Assembly: GCA_003135555.1 (NCBI GenBank)
Contig: PLCF01000061.1
Span: forward strand, 1-15,599
Direction: 5' to 3'
Source of the DNA: Vulcanimicrobiota bacterium
GTDB lineage: Bacteria; Vulcanimicrobiota; Vulcanimicrobiia; Vulcanimicrobiales; Vulcanimicrobiaceae
Length of the DNA: 15,599 nucleotides
Below the pieces are notes generated by a model. That model was not told where the DNA came from. It did no database searches and saw nothing but the letters and a program-made list of their open reading frames with translations. A program made the translations under genes and the position numbers. The first letter of the stretch is position 1. Each line of letters starts with the position of its first letter. Shown here one piece after another: positions 7,245 through 15,599 of the stretch.

Positions 7245-8575
7245 TCCGGCGGCGGGGAGAAGCCGGCGTCGCGCTCGGCCTGGCGCTGGCCACGCTTGGT
7301 GTACAGGCGCAGCTCGGCGATGTCGCGCGGAAAGACCAGCCCCACGGTCCAGTCGAACGCGACGCGGACCTTGCGGTCGAGTCCCGGCAGTCGCAGCAGG
7401 TAGTAGGTCCGCCACATGAGCCACGCCAGCAAGCCGGTGAGCACGAAGCCACCCGGCAGCGTGGCAACGCCGCGCCGGGCACCCAGCGACGCCATCATGC
7501 CCAGGGCGTCGTAGTCGAACCCTTTGGTCGGCCGGCCGCGCAGCGTCAGGATGAGGTTGTCGGCAAGCGCGGGGCCCTCGCGGATCGCGTGCTGCGCGGT
7601 CGGCGGATACCAAGCGCTCTTGTCGGCCGCGTCGGCGCCGGTCGTGGTCGGTATCCAGGCGCAATCTCCGAGCGCCCAGACGCCCGGCAACCCGGTCACC
7701 GACATGTCACGGTTCGCGATGATGCCGCCGTTGCGCGCGTGCGCGCAACCGGGCAGCTCGCGCAGCACGGGCGCCGGCCGGACGCCCGCGCTCCAGACGA
7801 CCGTCGCGCACGGGATCACGATGCCCGATTGGAGCACGATCCCGCGCCCGTCGAGGGCGGCGACGCCGTCGCTGATGATGAGCTCGACCTTGCGGCGCGC
7901 GAGGTTACGCGTCGTGTAACGCCCCATCGCGGGCGGCAGGTCGGACAGCAGCGCCTGACCCGCTTCGATGAGGACCAGGCGGACGTCGTGCAGCCCCAGC
8001 GGCCGGTAGAAGCGGAGGATCGACCGGAAAAAGTCGACCAGCTCGCCGGCGCATTCGCAGCCGGTGTATCCGCCGCCGACGACCGCAAAAGTGAGCAGCC
8101 GGTCGCGTTGCGGCCCGGGTGGCGTGACGACGGCTTGTTCGAGCGCGGCGATGATGCGGTTGCGCAGCGTCTCGGCGTCCTCGAGCGTCTTGAGCCCCAA
8201 CGCGTGTTCGGCCACGCCGGGGATGCCGAACGTCGAGGTGACCGATCCCAGCGCGAGCACGAGGTGGTCGTACTCCAAGCTGATCGCGTCGCCGGTGAGC
8301 GGATGCCGCGCCCGGATCCGGCGCGCGTCCAGATCCACTTCGGTGATCTCGCCCAGGACGAACCGCGTGCGGCGCAATTGCGCCCGCACCGGCGTGACGA
8401 CATGACGCGGTTCGAGTCCGCCCGAGCTCACCTCGGGGAGCATCGGGGTGAACAGCGTGAAGTTGTCGCGGCTGACCAGCGCGATCTCGGCCTCGTCACG
8501 GCGCAACTTGCGCTCGAGGCGCCGCGCCACCGCAACGCCCGCGAACCCGCCCCCGAGCACGACGATGCGCGTCAT
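7241..8575 (-). CDS. ndh: Type II NADH:quinone oxidoreductase-family NAD(P)/FAD oxidoreductase (444 aa)
   Basis: IVVLGGGFAG FAD site, FTPMLPEV, YDHLVLALGS, second Rossmann VVGGGYTG.E.AGEL, VWSAGV, WALGDCA, PPTAQHA, GMMASLG and WLMWRTYYL membrane anchor; ATG directly follows upstream TAA (TAAATG). Confidence 0.88.
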   Translation of the reverse strand: MTRIVVLGGGFAGVAVARRLERKLRRDEAEIALVSRDNFTLFTPMLPEVSSGGLEPRHVVTPVRAQLRRTRFVLGEITEVDLDARRIRARHPLTGDAISLEYDHLVLALGSVTSTFGIPGVAEHALGLKTLEDAETLRNRIIAALEQAVVTPPGPQRDRLLTFAVVGGGYTGCECAGELVDFFRSILRFYRPLGLHDVRLVLIEAGQALLSDLPPAMGRYTTRNLARRKVELIISDGVAALDGRGIVLQSGIVIPCATVVWSAGVRPAPVLRELPGCAHARNGGIIANRDMSVTGLPGVWALGDCAWIPTTTGADAADKSAWYPPTAQHAIREGPALADNLILTLRGRPTKGFDYDALGMMASLGARRGVATLPGGFVLTGLLAWLMWRTYYLLRLPGLDRKVRVAFDWTVGLVFPRDIAELRLYTKRGQRQAERDAGFSPPPD

Positions 8576-9589
8576 TTAGCCAGCCGCCGCGGCGCGAATC
8601 TCGGCGGCGTGCGCGACGATCTCCGCGGCCCGCGCGGCGTATCGCGGCGCGCCGCCCAAGTCGCCCGGGACACGCTCGCCGTGACGCGTCGCCACGTACC
8701 AGACGAGCGTCGCAGCGCGGCGCAACATCGCTTCGGGCACAACCTCGCGTTCGGCATGCGTCATCGGCGCCTCCTCGGCATAGGCCGCCACCAGCGGTGC
8801 GATCCGATCCAGATCCAGCGGCTCGTCGTCGCCGGCTCGGCCGAACTCATCGAGCAAGGTTCCGACGTCGTAGACGCGCTCGGTCTGGTGAGCGAAATCG
8901 AAATCGATGAGCGCCCGCACCTCACCTGGGTCGCCGGCGATCGCGTTGCCGGGGTTGGGATCGCCGTGGACGATGACCTGCGGCAGGTTGGCCGCCCGCG
9001 GCGCGACGTGCGCGGTCGCGGCCGTCACCGCGGCGACCAGCCCGCTCCAGTCGAGCTTGCGCGCGACGAGCGGATCAGCGGCGAAGCGCGTGAAGCGCTC
9101 GCGCAGCCACGGCAGCGCCCCCAAGAAGCGCGAGCTGCGCATCCCGTCGGTCACGTGCAGGTCGTGCAGCGCTCGGTGGAAGCGCGCCAGCACCCGCGCA
9201 ACGGCGCATCCCGTGTCGAGATCGCGGCGCCCCGCGGTCCCGTCGACATAGGGCAGCACCGCGCACAACCCGCCCGCGGGCGCGAGCACGATCGTGCCGG
9301 CGCCGGCACGCAGCGGCGCGGCGATCTCGGACATTCGCGCCGCCGCGTGCAGCATGACGGCGTGCTCGAACGCGATGGCGCTGCGCGCGACGTGCAGGCG
9401 TCCGTAACGCCGCACCACGAAACGGCCCGCGCGAGCATCGATGCGAATCGTCTCGTTGGAGTAGCCGCCCGCCAGCGCGACCGCTTGCGCGCCGTCGACG
9501 TCGATCCCGAACGCTGCCGCGACGGCGAGCGCGGCTGCCGGCGTCAGCGCGGCCGCGCGATCGACTCGGCGATGCGGTTGCGAAACCAA
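8576..9589 (-). CDS. APH/homoserine kinase type II-like phosphotransferase (start uncertain: TTG 9589 or CTG 9547)
   Basis: GGYSNET P-loop-like segment, FVVRRY, FEH, LARFH, catalytic IVHGDPNPGN, LIDFDFA and RVYDVG. Confidence 0.85.
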   Translation of the reverse strand: MVSQPHRRVDRAAALTPAAALAVAAAFGIDVDGAQAVALAGGYSNETIRIDARAGRFVVRRYGRLHVARSAIAFEHAVMLHAAARMSEIAAPLRAGAGTIVLAPAGGLCAVLPYVDGTAGRRDLDTGCAVARVLARFHRALHDLHVTDGMRSSRFLGALPWLRERFTRFAADPLVARKLDWSGLVAAVTAATAHVAPRAANLPQVIVHGDPNPGNAIAGDPGEVRALIDFDFAHQTERVYDVGTLLDEFGRAGDDEPLDLDRIAPLVAAYAEEAPMTHAEREVVPEAMLRRAATLVWYVATRHGERVPGDLGGAPRYAARAAEIVAHAAEIRAAAAG

Positions 9590-10125
9590 TCACCGGTCGT
9601 GGTCGCCTCCGCCGGCAGCAGCGCCGCCGCCGACGCCCGCAGCCGCGCGATGTCCCAACGCAAGCGTTCCTCGCCGGCGCCGAAGTAACCGTCGGCGAGC
9701 GCGGCTTCGGCGTGGGTGCGGATCGCCGCGACGCCGATACCGTAAAACGCCGCCAGCCGAGCCGCCACGTGGCACAGCGCCGCGAGCTGCGGCTCGGTCA
9801 GCGGCGAGGCGCCGAAATCTGCCGGCGTCGCCGCGTCCATCGCTGCGATCGCGAGCCCGATCGACCACGAATTGCGGTCCGCGGTATGGGCGGCATAGGG
9901 CGAGTCCGCAGCACCGCGCACGTCGCGCATGTTCGCGCGCAGGTCGTGCGTGTGGTGGACGACCACGGCGTGCGGTCCGGTGAGGCAATAGTGGTAAGCG
10001 GGAAAGACGGCCGCGTAGCCGTGCGCCGTCCAGTGCAACGAGATCGAGCGCAAGTCTCCTTGCGGCAGCGCCGGCGCCCACTCACGGAGCGGGACGGGCC
10101 GAGCGAGAACTACCGGCTGATGCAT
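9544..10125 (-). CDS. N-acetylmuramoyl-L-alanine amidase (Amidase_2/PGRP-like), about 193 aa; start uncertain
   Basis: ISLHWTA, AYHY, YAAHT..RNSWSIGLAI, LTEPQLAAL, IRTHAE and RWD motifs consistent with a Zn amidase; corresponds only to the C-terminal part of ORF-track 9544..11019; no signal peptide seen. Confidence 0.8.
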   Translation of the reverse strand: MHQPVVLARPVPLREWAPALPQGDLRSISLHWTAHGYAAVFPAYHYCLTGPHAVVVHHTHDLRANMRDVRGAADSPYAAHTADRNSWSIGLAIAAMDAATPADFGASPLTEPQLAALCHVAARLAAFYGIGVAAIRTHAEAALADGYFGAGEERLRWDIARLRASAAALLPAEATTTGDWFRNRIAESIARPR

Positions 10126-10941
10126 GACGAACAGCGGCCCGAGCCGCCGCCCACCGGCGGGCGCCGGGGGAAGGGCGCGATCGGCGGGATCGTGGTCGCG
10201 CTCGGGCTGGCGGCGGCGAAGTACAAGACGTTGCTCTTGGTGGCGGCGAACTTCAAATGGCTGCTGATCGGGCCAAAGCTCCTCAGCCTGGGCTCGATGT
10301 TCCTGTCGGTGTGGCTGTACGCGCAACTCTTCGGCGGCTGGAAGATCGGCATCGTGTTCGTCCTGATGATCCTCGTCCACGAGCTCGGGCACTACTTCAC
10401 CTGGCGGAACTACGGGGTGAAGGCATCGCTGCCGATGTTCATCCCGGGGTTCGGCGCATTCGTCAGCGCGCCGAACACGGGGACGCCGGCGCAGAACACT
10501 GCGGCCGCGATGGCCGGGCCGCTGTTCGGGATCGTCGCGGCCGCCCTGTGCTGGGGCTACGGCATCGCCACCGGCGACCGCTTCTGGCTGGGTTGCGCCT
10601 ACATCGGTTTCTTTCTCAACCTCTTCAACCTGATCCCGACGCCGCCGTTCGACGGCGGCGCGATCGCCGGCGCCATCGATGCGCGACTGTGGATCCTGGG
10701 CGTCGTGCTGATCGGATTGTGGGTGGTTTTCTTCGCCCGCGGCGGCTTCGGGATCATCCTGGTGCTGGTGTTGGCGTTCACTGCGGTTCCGCGCGTTCTC
10801 GCGCTGGTGCGCGGCCAGATCGACCCGCACGGCAGCGGACTGGTGCCGATCCAGCGCGCGGTGACGCTGGGGGCCTACGTCGTTCTGGTCGCGGTCGCGG
10901 TCGCCGGCGCCGCGGCGACACACCTCGAACGCGCGGTATGA
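10120..10941 (+). CDS. Site-2 protease (peptidase M50) membrane metalloprotease, about 273 aa
   Basis: ILVHELGH zinc motif, PMFIPGFGAFV, AMAGP, FNLIPTPPFDGG; several TM segments; start taken as ATG 10120. Confidence 0.9.
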   Translation: MHDEQRPEPPPTGGRRGKGAIGGIVVALGLAAAKYKTLLLVAANFKWLLIGPKLLSLGSMFLSVWLYAQLFGGWKIGIVFVLMILVHELGHYFTWRNYGVKASLPMFIPGFGAFVSAPNTGTPAQNTAAAMAGPLFGIVAAALCWGYGIATGDRFWLGCAYIGFFLNLFNLIPTPPFDGGAIAGAIDARLWILGVVLIGLWVVFFARGGFGIILVLVLAFTAVPRVLALVRGQIDPHGSGLVPIQRAVTLGAYVVLVAVAVAGAAATHLERAV

Positions 10942-11492
10942 GCAAGGACGACGCTCCCGATTTCGCCATGCAGCGCGCGGTCGAGATTCTCGCGCGCGCG
11001 TACGAAGCGGCGCGGGCACGCCGCAACGTCCCGCCGGCGCCGCTGGACCGCCCGGTGGTGCTCGCCAACGAGCGGCTCGTTCTCGCGCTCGCCACGACGA
11101 CGCGCGGCGAGGTCGAGCGCGCGTTCGGCGTCGCGTTCTCGTATCCGATGCGCGGTTGGCACACCTACGCGGCGCGCGAAGACGGGCAGCGCAACTTTCT
11201 GAGCTTGTTCTACTCCAAGGCTGCCCTCGTAGCGCTCGAGTACTACGTCCCGAAGATCGATCGCGCCCCAGGTTTGGCGGCGCGCGACTACGGGACGTTC
11301 CGGCTCTCGCCGGGCGACGTCGCGCTGGGCGCGCCGACCGCGTCGCTCGACGAACGCTACGTCACCGCCGTCGGCGGCCCCGCTCCGGTCGTGTACGGCG
11401 AGGCCTTCGAAGCGCGTTGGGATGGCGGCGTCGCCTACGTGATGGGAAACGCCGGACGCATCGAACGCCTCGGGCTGTACGCTGCCACGTAA
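10938..11492 (+). CDS. Hypothetical protein (184 aa)
   Basis: ATGA overlap with the M50 stop; natural-looking sequence MSKDDAPDFAMQRAVEIL...GRIERLGLYAAT with G/C third positions. Confidence 0.78.
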   Translation: MSKDDAPDFAMQRAVEILARAYEAARARRNVPPAPLDRPVVLANERLVLALATTTRGEVERAFGVAFSYPMRGWHTYAAREDGQRNFLSLFYSKAALVALEYYVPKIDRAPGLAARDYGTFRLSPGDVALGAPTASLDERYVTAVGGPAPVVYGEAFEARWDGGVAYVMGNAGRIERLGLYAAT

Positions 11493-12891
11493 CGCCGCGC
11501 TCGCGGGCGCGCTGATCGCGCTCGCCCTGGCGTACGCCGCGTTCCGGCCGGCGGCGACGCAAGGCCCCTTCGGGCGCGACTTCGAGGCGTACTACGCCGC
11601 AGGCGCCACCTGGAACGCCGGCGGCGATCCGTGGTCGCGCGCGGTCTGGAGCACCGAGCGCACCATCGCCGGCGTCGACCCGTCGCGCGACGAGTTGTTG
11701 CCGTACGTCGGCCCGGCGACCGCACTGCCGCTCTTCGGCGCGCTCGCGCGCCTGCCGCACGCGCTCGCCGTCCGCGTCTGGAGCGGGTTGCTCGCCGCGG
11801 CGTTGGGCGCGCTGGTCGTCGCTGCGCTGCTGTTGGGCGGCACCCGCCGTGCGACCGCGCTCGTTGCCGCGCTGGTGTTGGGGATCGCGTCGGGGCCCGG
11901 GACGAGCGCGCTCGCGTTGGGCCAAATAGCGCTGATCTCCGCCGCCGGCATCGCGTGCGCGTTGCTCGCCTACGAGCGTCGCGCGCGTGCCGCCGCCGTC
12001 GTGGCGACGTTCGTCGCCGCGCTCCAACCCAATCTCGCCCTCGGGCTTGCCGGCCGAATGCGCGACCGTTTCGCGGTCCTCTGCGCCGCGTCGGCCGCGC
12101 TCGCATTCGCAGCGGTCACCCTGCTCGCGGGCGACGGGCTCGCCGGCGCCGCACGCTACGTGCAACTGTTGGGGCGGCACGGCGCCGCGGAGCGCTTCGC
12201 CGCGATCCAGTACACCCCGGCGGCGCTGGCCTGGTCGTTCGGAGCCGCCGAGCCGGTGGCGGCGGCGCTCGGAGTCGCCTGCTCGGCGGCGGCGATCGCC
12301 GCCGCAATCGCGGTGAGCGTGCGGGCGCGGCTCGACGCGACTGCGGGTGCGTTGGTCGCGCTCGCCGCGCTCCCGCTCGTGGTTCCGTTCGTGCACGAGC
12401 ACGACTTCGTCGTCGAGCTGATCCCGCTGGTGGTGCTGGCGCTGGGCGCACGAGGACGCGCGCGCGTGTGGAGCGGGCTGGCGACCGCGCTGATCTGCGT
12501 CGACTGGTTCGGCCTGGCTCAGCGTCCGACGGCCGGCGCGCAGATCGTCGCGATGGGAGTCGCCGTCGGCTGCGCCTTCATCGCGCTGGGCCGCGGCGCG
12601 CGCGTCACGCGCGCCGACGCGAGCGCGCTCGTGGCGATCGTGGCATTGGCGTGCCTGGCGCTCCCGCTGGGGCGCGCCTATCCCGCGCCGGTCTGGCCCG
12701 ACGCTCTGCCGGTCGCATACCGCGCGCCCGCGGACGCCGACGCGGCGGCGGTGTGGGCCGACGAACTGCGCGCCGGCGGCTTGACCGCGCGACAGCCCGC
12801 CTGGGGCGTGCTGCGCGCGCTGCCGCTAGCGGGCTGCATCGTGCTGGGCGTCGCGCTCGTGGCCGGCCGCCGGAGACGATCCTCGGATTAG
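11482..12891 (+). CDS. GT-C fold membrane glycosyltransferase, family 87-like (about 469 aa; probable CTG start)
   Basis: In-frame extension upstream of the ORF-track TTG 11695 gives a TM helix followed by RDFEAYYAAG..WNAGGDPW, then LPYVGP, LALGQ, LQPN and PFVHEHD, with many TM segments. Confidence 0.78.
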   Translation: MPRNAALAGALIALALAYAAFRPAATQGPFGRDFEAYYAAGATWNAGGDPWSRAVWSTERTIAGVDPSRDELLPYVGPATALPLFGALARLPHALAVRVWSGLLAAALGALVVAALLLGGTRRATALVAALVLGIASGPGTSALALGQIALISAAGIACALLAYERRARAAAVVATFVAALQPNLALGLAGRMRDRFAVLCAASAALAFAAVTLLAGDGLAGAARYVQLLGRHGAAERFAAIQYTPAALAWSFGAAEPVAAALGVACSAAAIAAAIAVSVRARLDATAGALVALAALPLVVPFVHEHDFVVELIPLVVLALGARGRARVWSGLATALICVDWFGLAQRPTAGAQIVAMGVAVGCAFIALGRGARVTRADASALVAIVALACLALPLGRAYPAPVWPDALPVAYRAPADADAAAVWADELRAGGLTARQPAWGVLRALPLAGCIVLGVALVAGRRRRSSD

Positions 12892-12903
12892 CGGCGGATC
12901 GGC

Positions 12904-14553
12904 CTAAATGTCGACGTTGAGAAAATCGTCGAACGGGGTGGTGTTGTTGGGCTGCCAGTTTTTGAGGTCTTTGTTGAATCCGTGCACGTCCTCGAGGATG
13001 TAGAGCACCTCGAACGCGGCGTCGTCGACGATGAGCGGCATCGCCTTGGCGATGATGTCCTTGCGCTTGGCGATGCTGTAGGCCGCCTTCTCCTGTTGCA
13101 GCAGCGGCTCGAGCGCCGGATCGCAGTAGCGGGAAATGTTCTGCCCCTTGGGCGGGAACAGCGCGCACGAGCTCTCCGGGTTGAGATCCGCGTCGGGGGT
13201 GAGCTGCCACGAAAAATTGGTTACGTCGAACTTCCCGCCGTACACGATCCCGCCCGTGACCTGAAAGAACAGACCGGTATTGTAGTGCTTGGCCGTGAAG
13301 TTGACGCCGATCTGCTGCCACATCGTGCGCAGCTGTTCGATGCGCGCGTCGTTGTCCTGATTTCCGGTCGGGGCCGCGTAGTCGAAGCTGAGCTTCACGC
13401 CGCCCTTGGCGCGGGTGCCGTCGGCTCCGCGCACCCATCCCGCCGCGTCGAGCATGGCGTTGGCCTTCGCGACGTCGTACGGGATCGTGGCGACCGGACT
13501 GTAGAACGGGCTGGCCGGCGTCACCGAGCCCTCTTGCAGGATCCCGATTCCGTGGTTGATCTTGTCGCGCAGCAGCTTGCGGTCGGTGGCCAATCGCAAC
13601 GCCTGGCGGACCACCTTTTCCTTGAGGGCGGGATGGCTGGTGTTGAACGAAACGTGCGAGTAGAGAAAGCTCGGGCCCCGGAAGCTCGCCATATTCGTCA
13701 AGGCCAACATGCGCGGCACGTAGGCCGGCGGCATGTAAGCCCAAAGGTCGAGTTCGCCGGTCTGCAGCTGCGTCAGCAGCGTGTTGCGGTCGGGGATGAT
13801 CTTGTAGACGACCTTCTTGATCTTGGGTTGGCCGCGCCAGTAGTACGGGTTCGCTTCGAGCGTGATGTGATCGCCGCGAATCCAATCGACGTAGCGGAAC
13901 GGTCCGATGCCGATCGGCTTGCTGTTGTACGGCGCCGTGTTGATGTTCGCAAGACTGCCGAGGATGTGCTTGGGCAGGACGCACGGGTTGGCGCCGGCCG
14001 ACGCGAAGAACGACGGCAGGTAGCCCGAGTACGGCTTCTTGAGATGGAACACGACCGTGTACTTGTCGGGTTCGTCGATCTTGGTGATCAGATCCCAGCC
14101 GTCGCGGCCCACCTCGTTATTGGCGAGGTTGTTCACCGCGTTGGTCGAGAACACGACGTCGTCGCCGTCGAACGGCTGCCCGTCGGACCACTTGACGCCT
14201 TTGCGCAGATGCCAGGTGATCGTGAGCCCGTCTTTGCTCACCCCGCCGTTCTCTTCGGTCGGAACCTCCGTCGCCAACTCCGGCATCGGTTGGTTGTGAT
14301 GATCGTAGCGCACCAGATACGCCATCGTGAGCTGGTTGAGATTGCCCAGGATGAGCGCGGTCGAGAGGTGCGGGTTGAGGTTGTCGAAGTCTTGGGTGTC
14401 GCCGATCCGCAGCTCGTGCGGGATCGTGTACGCGTTCGCGCGTCCCTCCTTCCCGGCGCCCGGCCCGCTGCCGCCGGACGGTCCGACCTGTCCGGTCTTC
14501 GTGCACGCCGCGAGGGCCACGACGGCAAGGGCGATTCCGAGAGCTCTCTTCAC
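12904..14553 (-). CDS. Peptide/nickel ABC transporter substrate-binding lipoprotein (SBP family 5), 549 aa
   Basis: Lipobox LAAC; LNPH, PELA, DGLTITWHLRKGVKWSDGQPF..DDVVFS, PIGIGPF, NPYYWRGQP and VRQAL motifs; GAGGT SD upstream of GTG. Confidence 0.93.
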   Translation of the reverse strand: MKRALGIALAVVALAACTKTGQVGPSGGSGPGAGKEGRANAYTIPHELRIGDTQDFDNLNPHLSTALILGNLNQLTMAYLVRYDHHNQPMPELATEVPTEENGGVSKDGLTITWHLRKGVKWSDGQPFDGDDVVFSTNAVNNLANNEVGRDGWDLITKIDEPDKYTVVFHLKKPYSGYLPSFFASAGANPCVLPKHILGSLANINTAPYNSKPIGIGPFRYVDWIRGDHITLEANPYYWRGQPKIKKVVYKIIPDRNTLLTQLQTGELDLWAYMPPAYVPRMLALTNMASFRGPSFLYSHVSFNTSHPALKEKVVRQALRLATDRKLLRDKINHGIGILQEGSVTPASPFYSPVATIPYDVAKANAMLDAAGWVRGADGTRAKGGVKLSFDYAAPTGNQDNDARIEQLRTMWQQIGVNFTAKHYNTGLFFQVTGGIVYGGKFDVTNFSWQLTPDADLNPESSCALFPPKGQNISRYCDPALEPLLQQEKAAYSIAKRKDIIAKAMPLIVDDAAFEVLYILEDVHGFNKDLKNWQPNNTTPFDDFLNVDI

Positions 14554-14565
14554 GATGCGCGTACC

Positions 14566-15599
14566 TCAGATGTCGGCGTCGACGAGGTCGTCGAACGGAG
14601 TGACTTGGTTGGGGTGAAAGCCGTGCAGGTCCTCGTTGTAGACGAACAGGTCCTCGCGCGCGTCGGTCACGATCGTCGGCACGTCGCGCGCCATGCGCTC
14701 TTGAACGAAGCGCGACGCGGCGCGCTGCTCGCGCGGATCGTAGGTCTCCAGGAATCGCCGCAGCGCCGAGTCGACCTGGTGGTCGCAGTAGCGCGGCACG
14801 TTCTGGCCTTTGGGCGGAACGCGGTCGCACGCGAACAGGTTCGTCAGGTCCCCGTTGGGCGGCGTAATCCATGCATACAGCGCGACGTCGAACTTGCCGG
14901 TGTAGAGGATGCCGCCGGTGCCGAACGACGCGAAGTACAGCGGTGAGGGGTAGTGCCGCACCTCGAACCGCGCCCCGATCTCAGCCCACGCCGGCCGGAT
15001 CAGCTCGATGAGCGCGTCGTTGTCGGGCAATCCCACCCCGGTCGTGAGCGTGAAGTCCAGCCGCTGGCCCCCCTTGGCACGAATCCCGTCGGCACCGCGC
15101 CGCCAGCCTGCCGCGTCGAGCAGCCGGTTCGCCGCTGCGACGTCGAACGGCACGCGCGGCACGTCGACGTGAAACGGGTGCTCGGGCGCGAACGGCGTCT
15201 CTTGGAGGATGCCGTACCCGTGCCGAATCTTGGCCAGGATGGTCACCCGATCGGTCGCCAGGCGCAGCGCGCGCCGCACCACCACGTCACGCAGCGCACC
15301 ATGCTCGAGCTCGAGGTCGATGTGGTTGTAACCGTACGATCCTTGGCGAATGAGCGCTACTCCAGCAACGGATCGCGCACGGTCGCCGAATGCGGCCGGC
15401 ACCGGAAGCCACAGATCGAGCTCGTGGGTGGTGAGCTGGGTGAGCACCGTGTTGCGGTCGGGGATGATCTTGAATAGGATGCGCGTCAGCTTGGGCTTGC
15501 GTCCGAAGTACAGCGGATCGGGGATCATCTCAACGCTCTCGGCACGCTTCCACGAGACGTACTTGAACGGCCCGATGCCGACCGGCAGCGCGTTGTAGG
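14566..15599 (-). CDS. Second peptide ABC transporter substrate-binding protein (SBP family 5), 5' part outside the window
   Basis: Frame is open to the window end (YNALPVGIGPFKYVSW...), colinear with the downstream paralog: KIIPDRNT, ALRLATDR, PPKGQN..RYCD, TPFDD...DI. Confidence 0.92.
   Translation of the reverse strand, partial: YNALPVGIGPFKYVSWKRAESVEMIPDPLYFGRKPKLTRILFKIIPDRNTVLTQLTTHELDLWLPVPAAFGDRARSVAGVALIRQGSYGYNHIDLELEHGALRDVVVRRALRLATDRVTILAKIRHGYGILQETPFAPEHPFHVDVPRVPFDVAAANRLLDAAGWRRGADGIRAKGGQRLDFTLTTGVGLPDNDALIELIRPAWAEIGARFEVRHYPSPLYFASFGTGGILYTGKFDVALYAWITPPNGDLTNLFACDRVPPKGQNVPRYCDHQVDSALRRFLETYDPREQRAASRFVQERMARDVPTIVTDAREDLFVYNEDLHGFHPNQVTPFDDLVDADI

Noticed and set aside
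8576..9589. Aminoglycoside resistance gene
   Set aside because: The APH fold alone is not evidence of resistance; length and motifs fit homoserine kinase type II-like enzymes, with host-like GC and no mobile context.
7238..9688. 816-aa + strand ORF (also 12982..14946 + and 12605..13984 -)
   Set aside because: Antisense or off-frame shadows of ndh, the kinase and the SBP genes.
9544..11019. 491-aa amidase fusion, or a phage endolysin
   Set aside because: The part above 10125 is antisense to the M50 gene; no holin or other phage genes are nearby.

Overview
High-GC (roughly 70%) bacterial chromosomal window, densely coding, with about 16 genes and no RNA gene, transposase or CRISPR array. From left to right: the 3' end of an unknown + strand gene; a 22-bp palindromic tandem repeat; a PaaR-like TetR regulator translationally coupled to a 1068-aa secreted BNR/Asp-box (VPS10-like) propeller protein (- strand); a divergent, stand-alone branched-chain 2-oxoacid dehydrogenase-type E1 alpha; a lower-GC two-gene islet (small DUF5678-like protein plus retropepsin-like aspartyl protease with no proper start codon); a - strand run of amidase, APH-type kinase, NDH-2, DUF4097 protein and a secreted hypothetical; a + strand run of M50 site-2 protease, hypothetical and GT87-like glycosyltransferase; and two tandem paralogous peptide ABC substrate-binding proteins (the second cut by the window edge). 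Best leads: (1) two PaaR-box cores in the 86-bp divergent promoter that link the TetR to the orphan E1 alpha, (2) the low-GC small protein/aspartyl protease module, whose protease needs an ACG start, a frameshift or is decaying, (3) apparent CTG start codons at gene overlaps, (4) the palindromic repeat that holds both stop codons of a convergent pair. Gene style is reminiscent of Eremiobacterota (Vulcanimicrobiota), but that is an unverified impression. All family calls come from motif recognition, not database searches.
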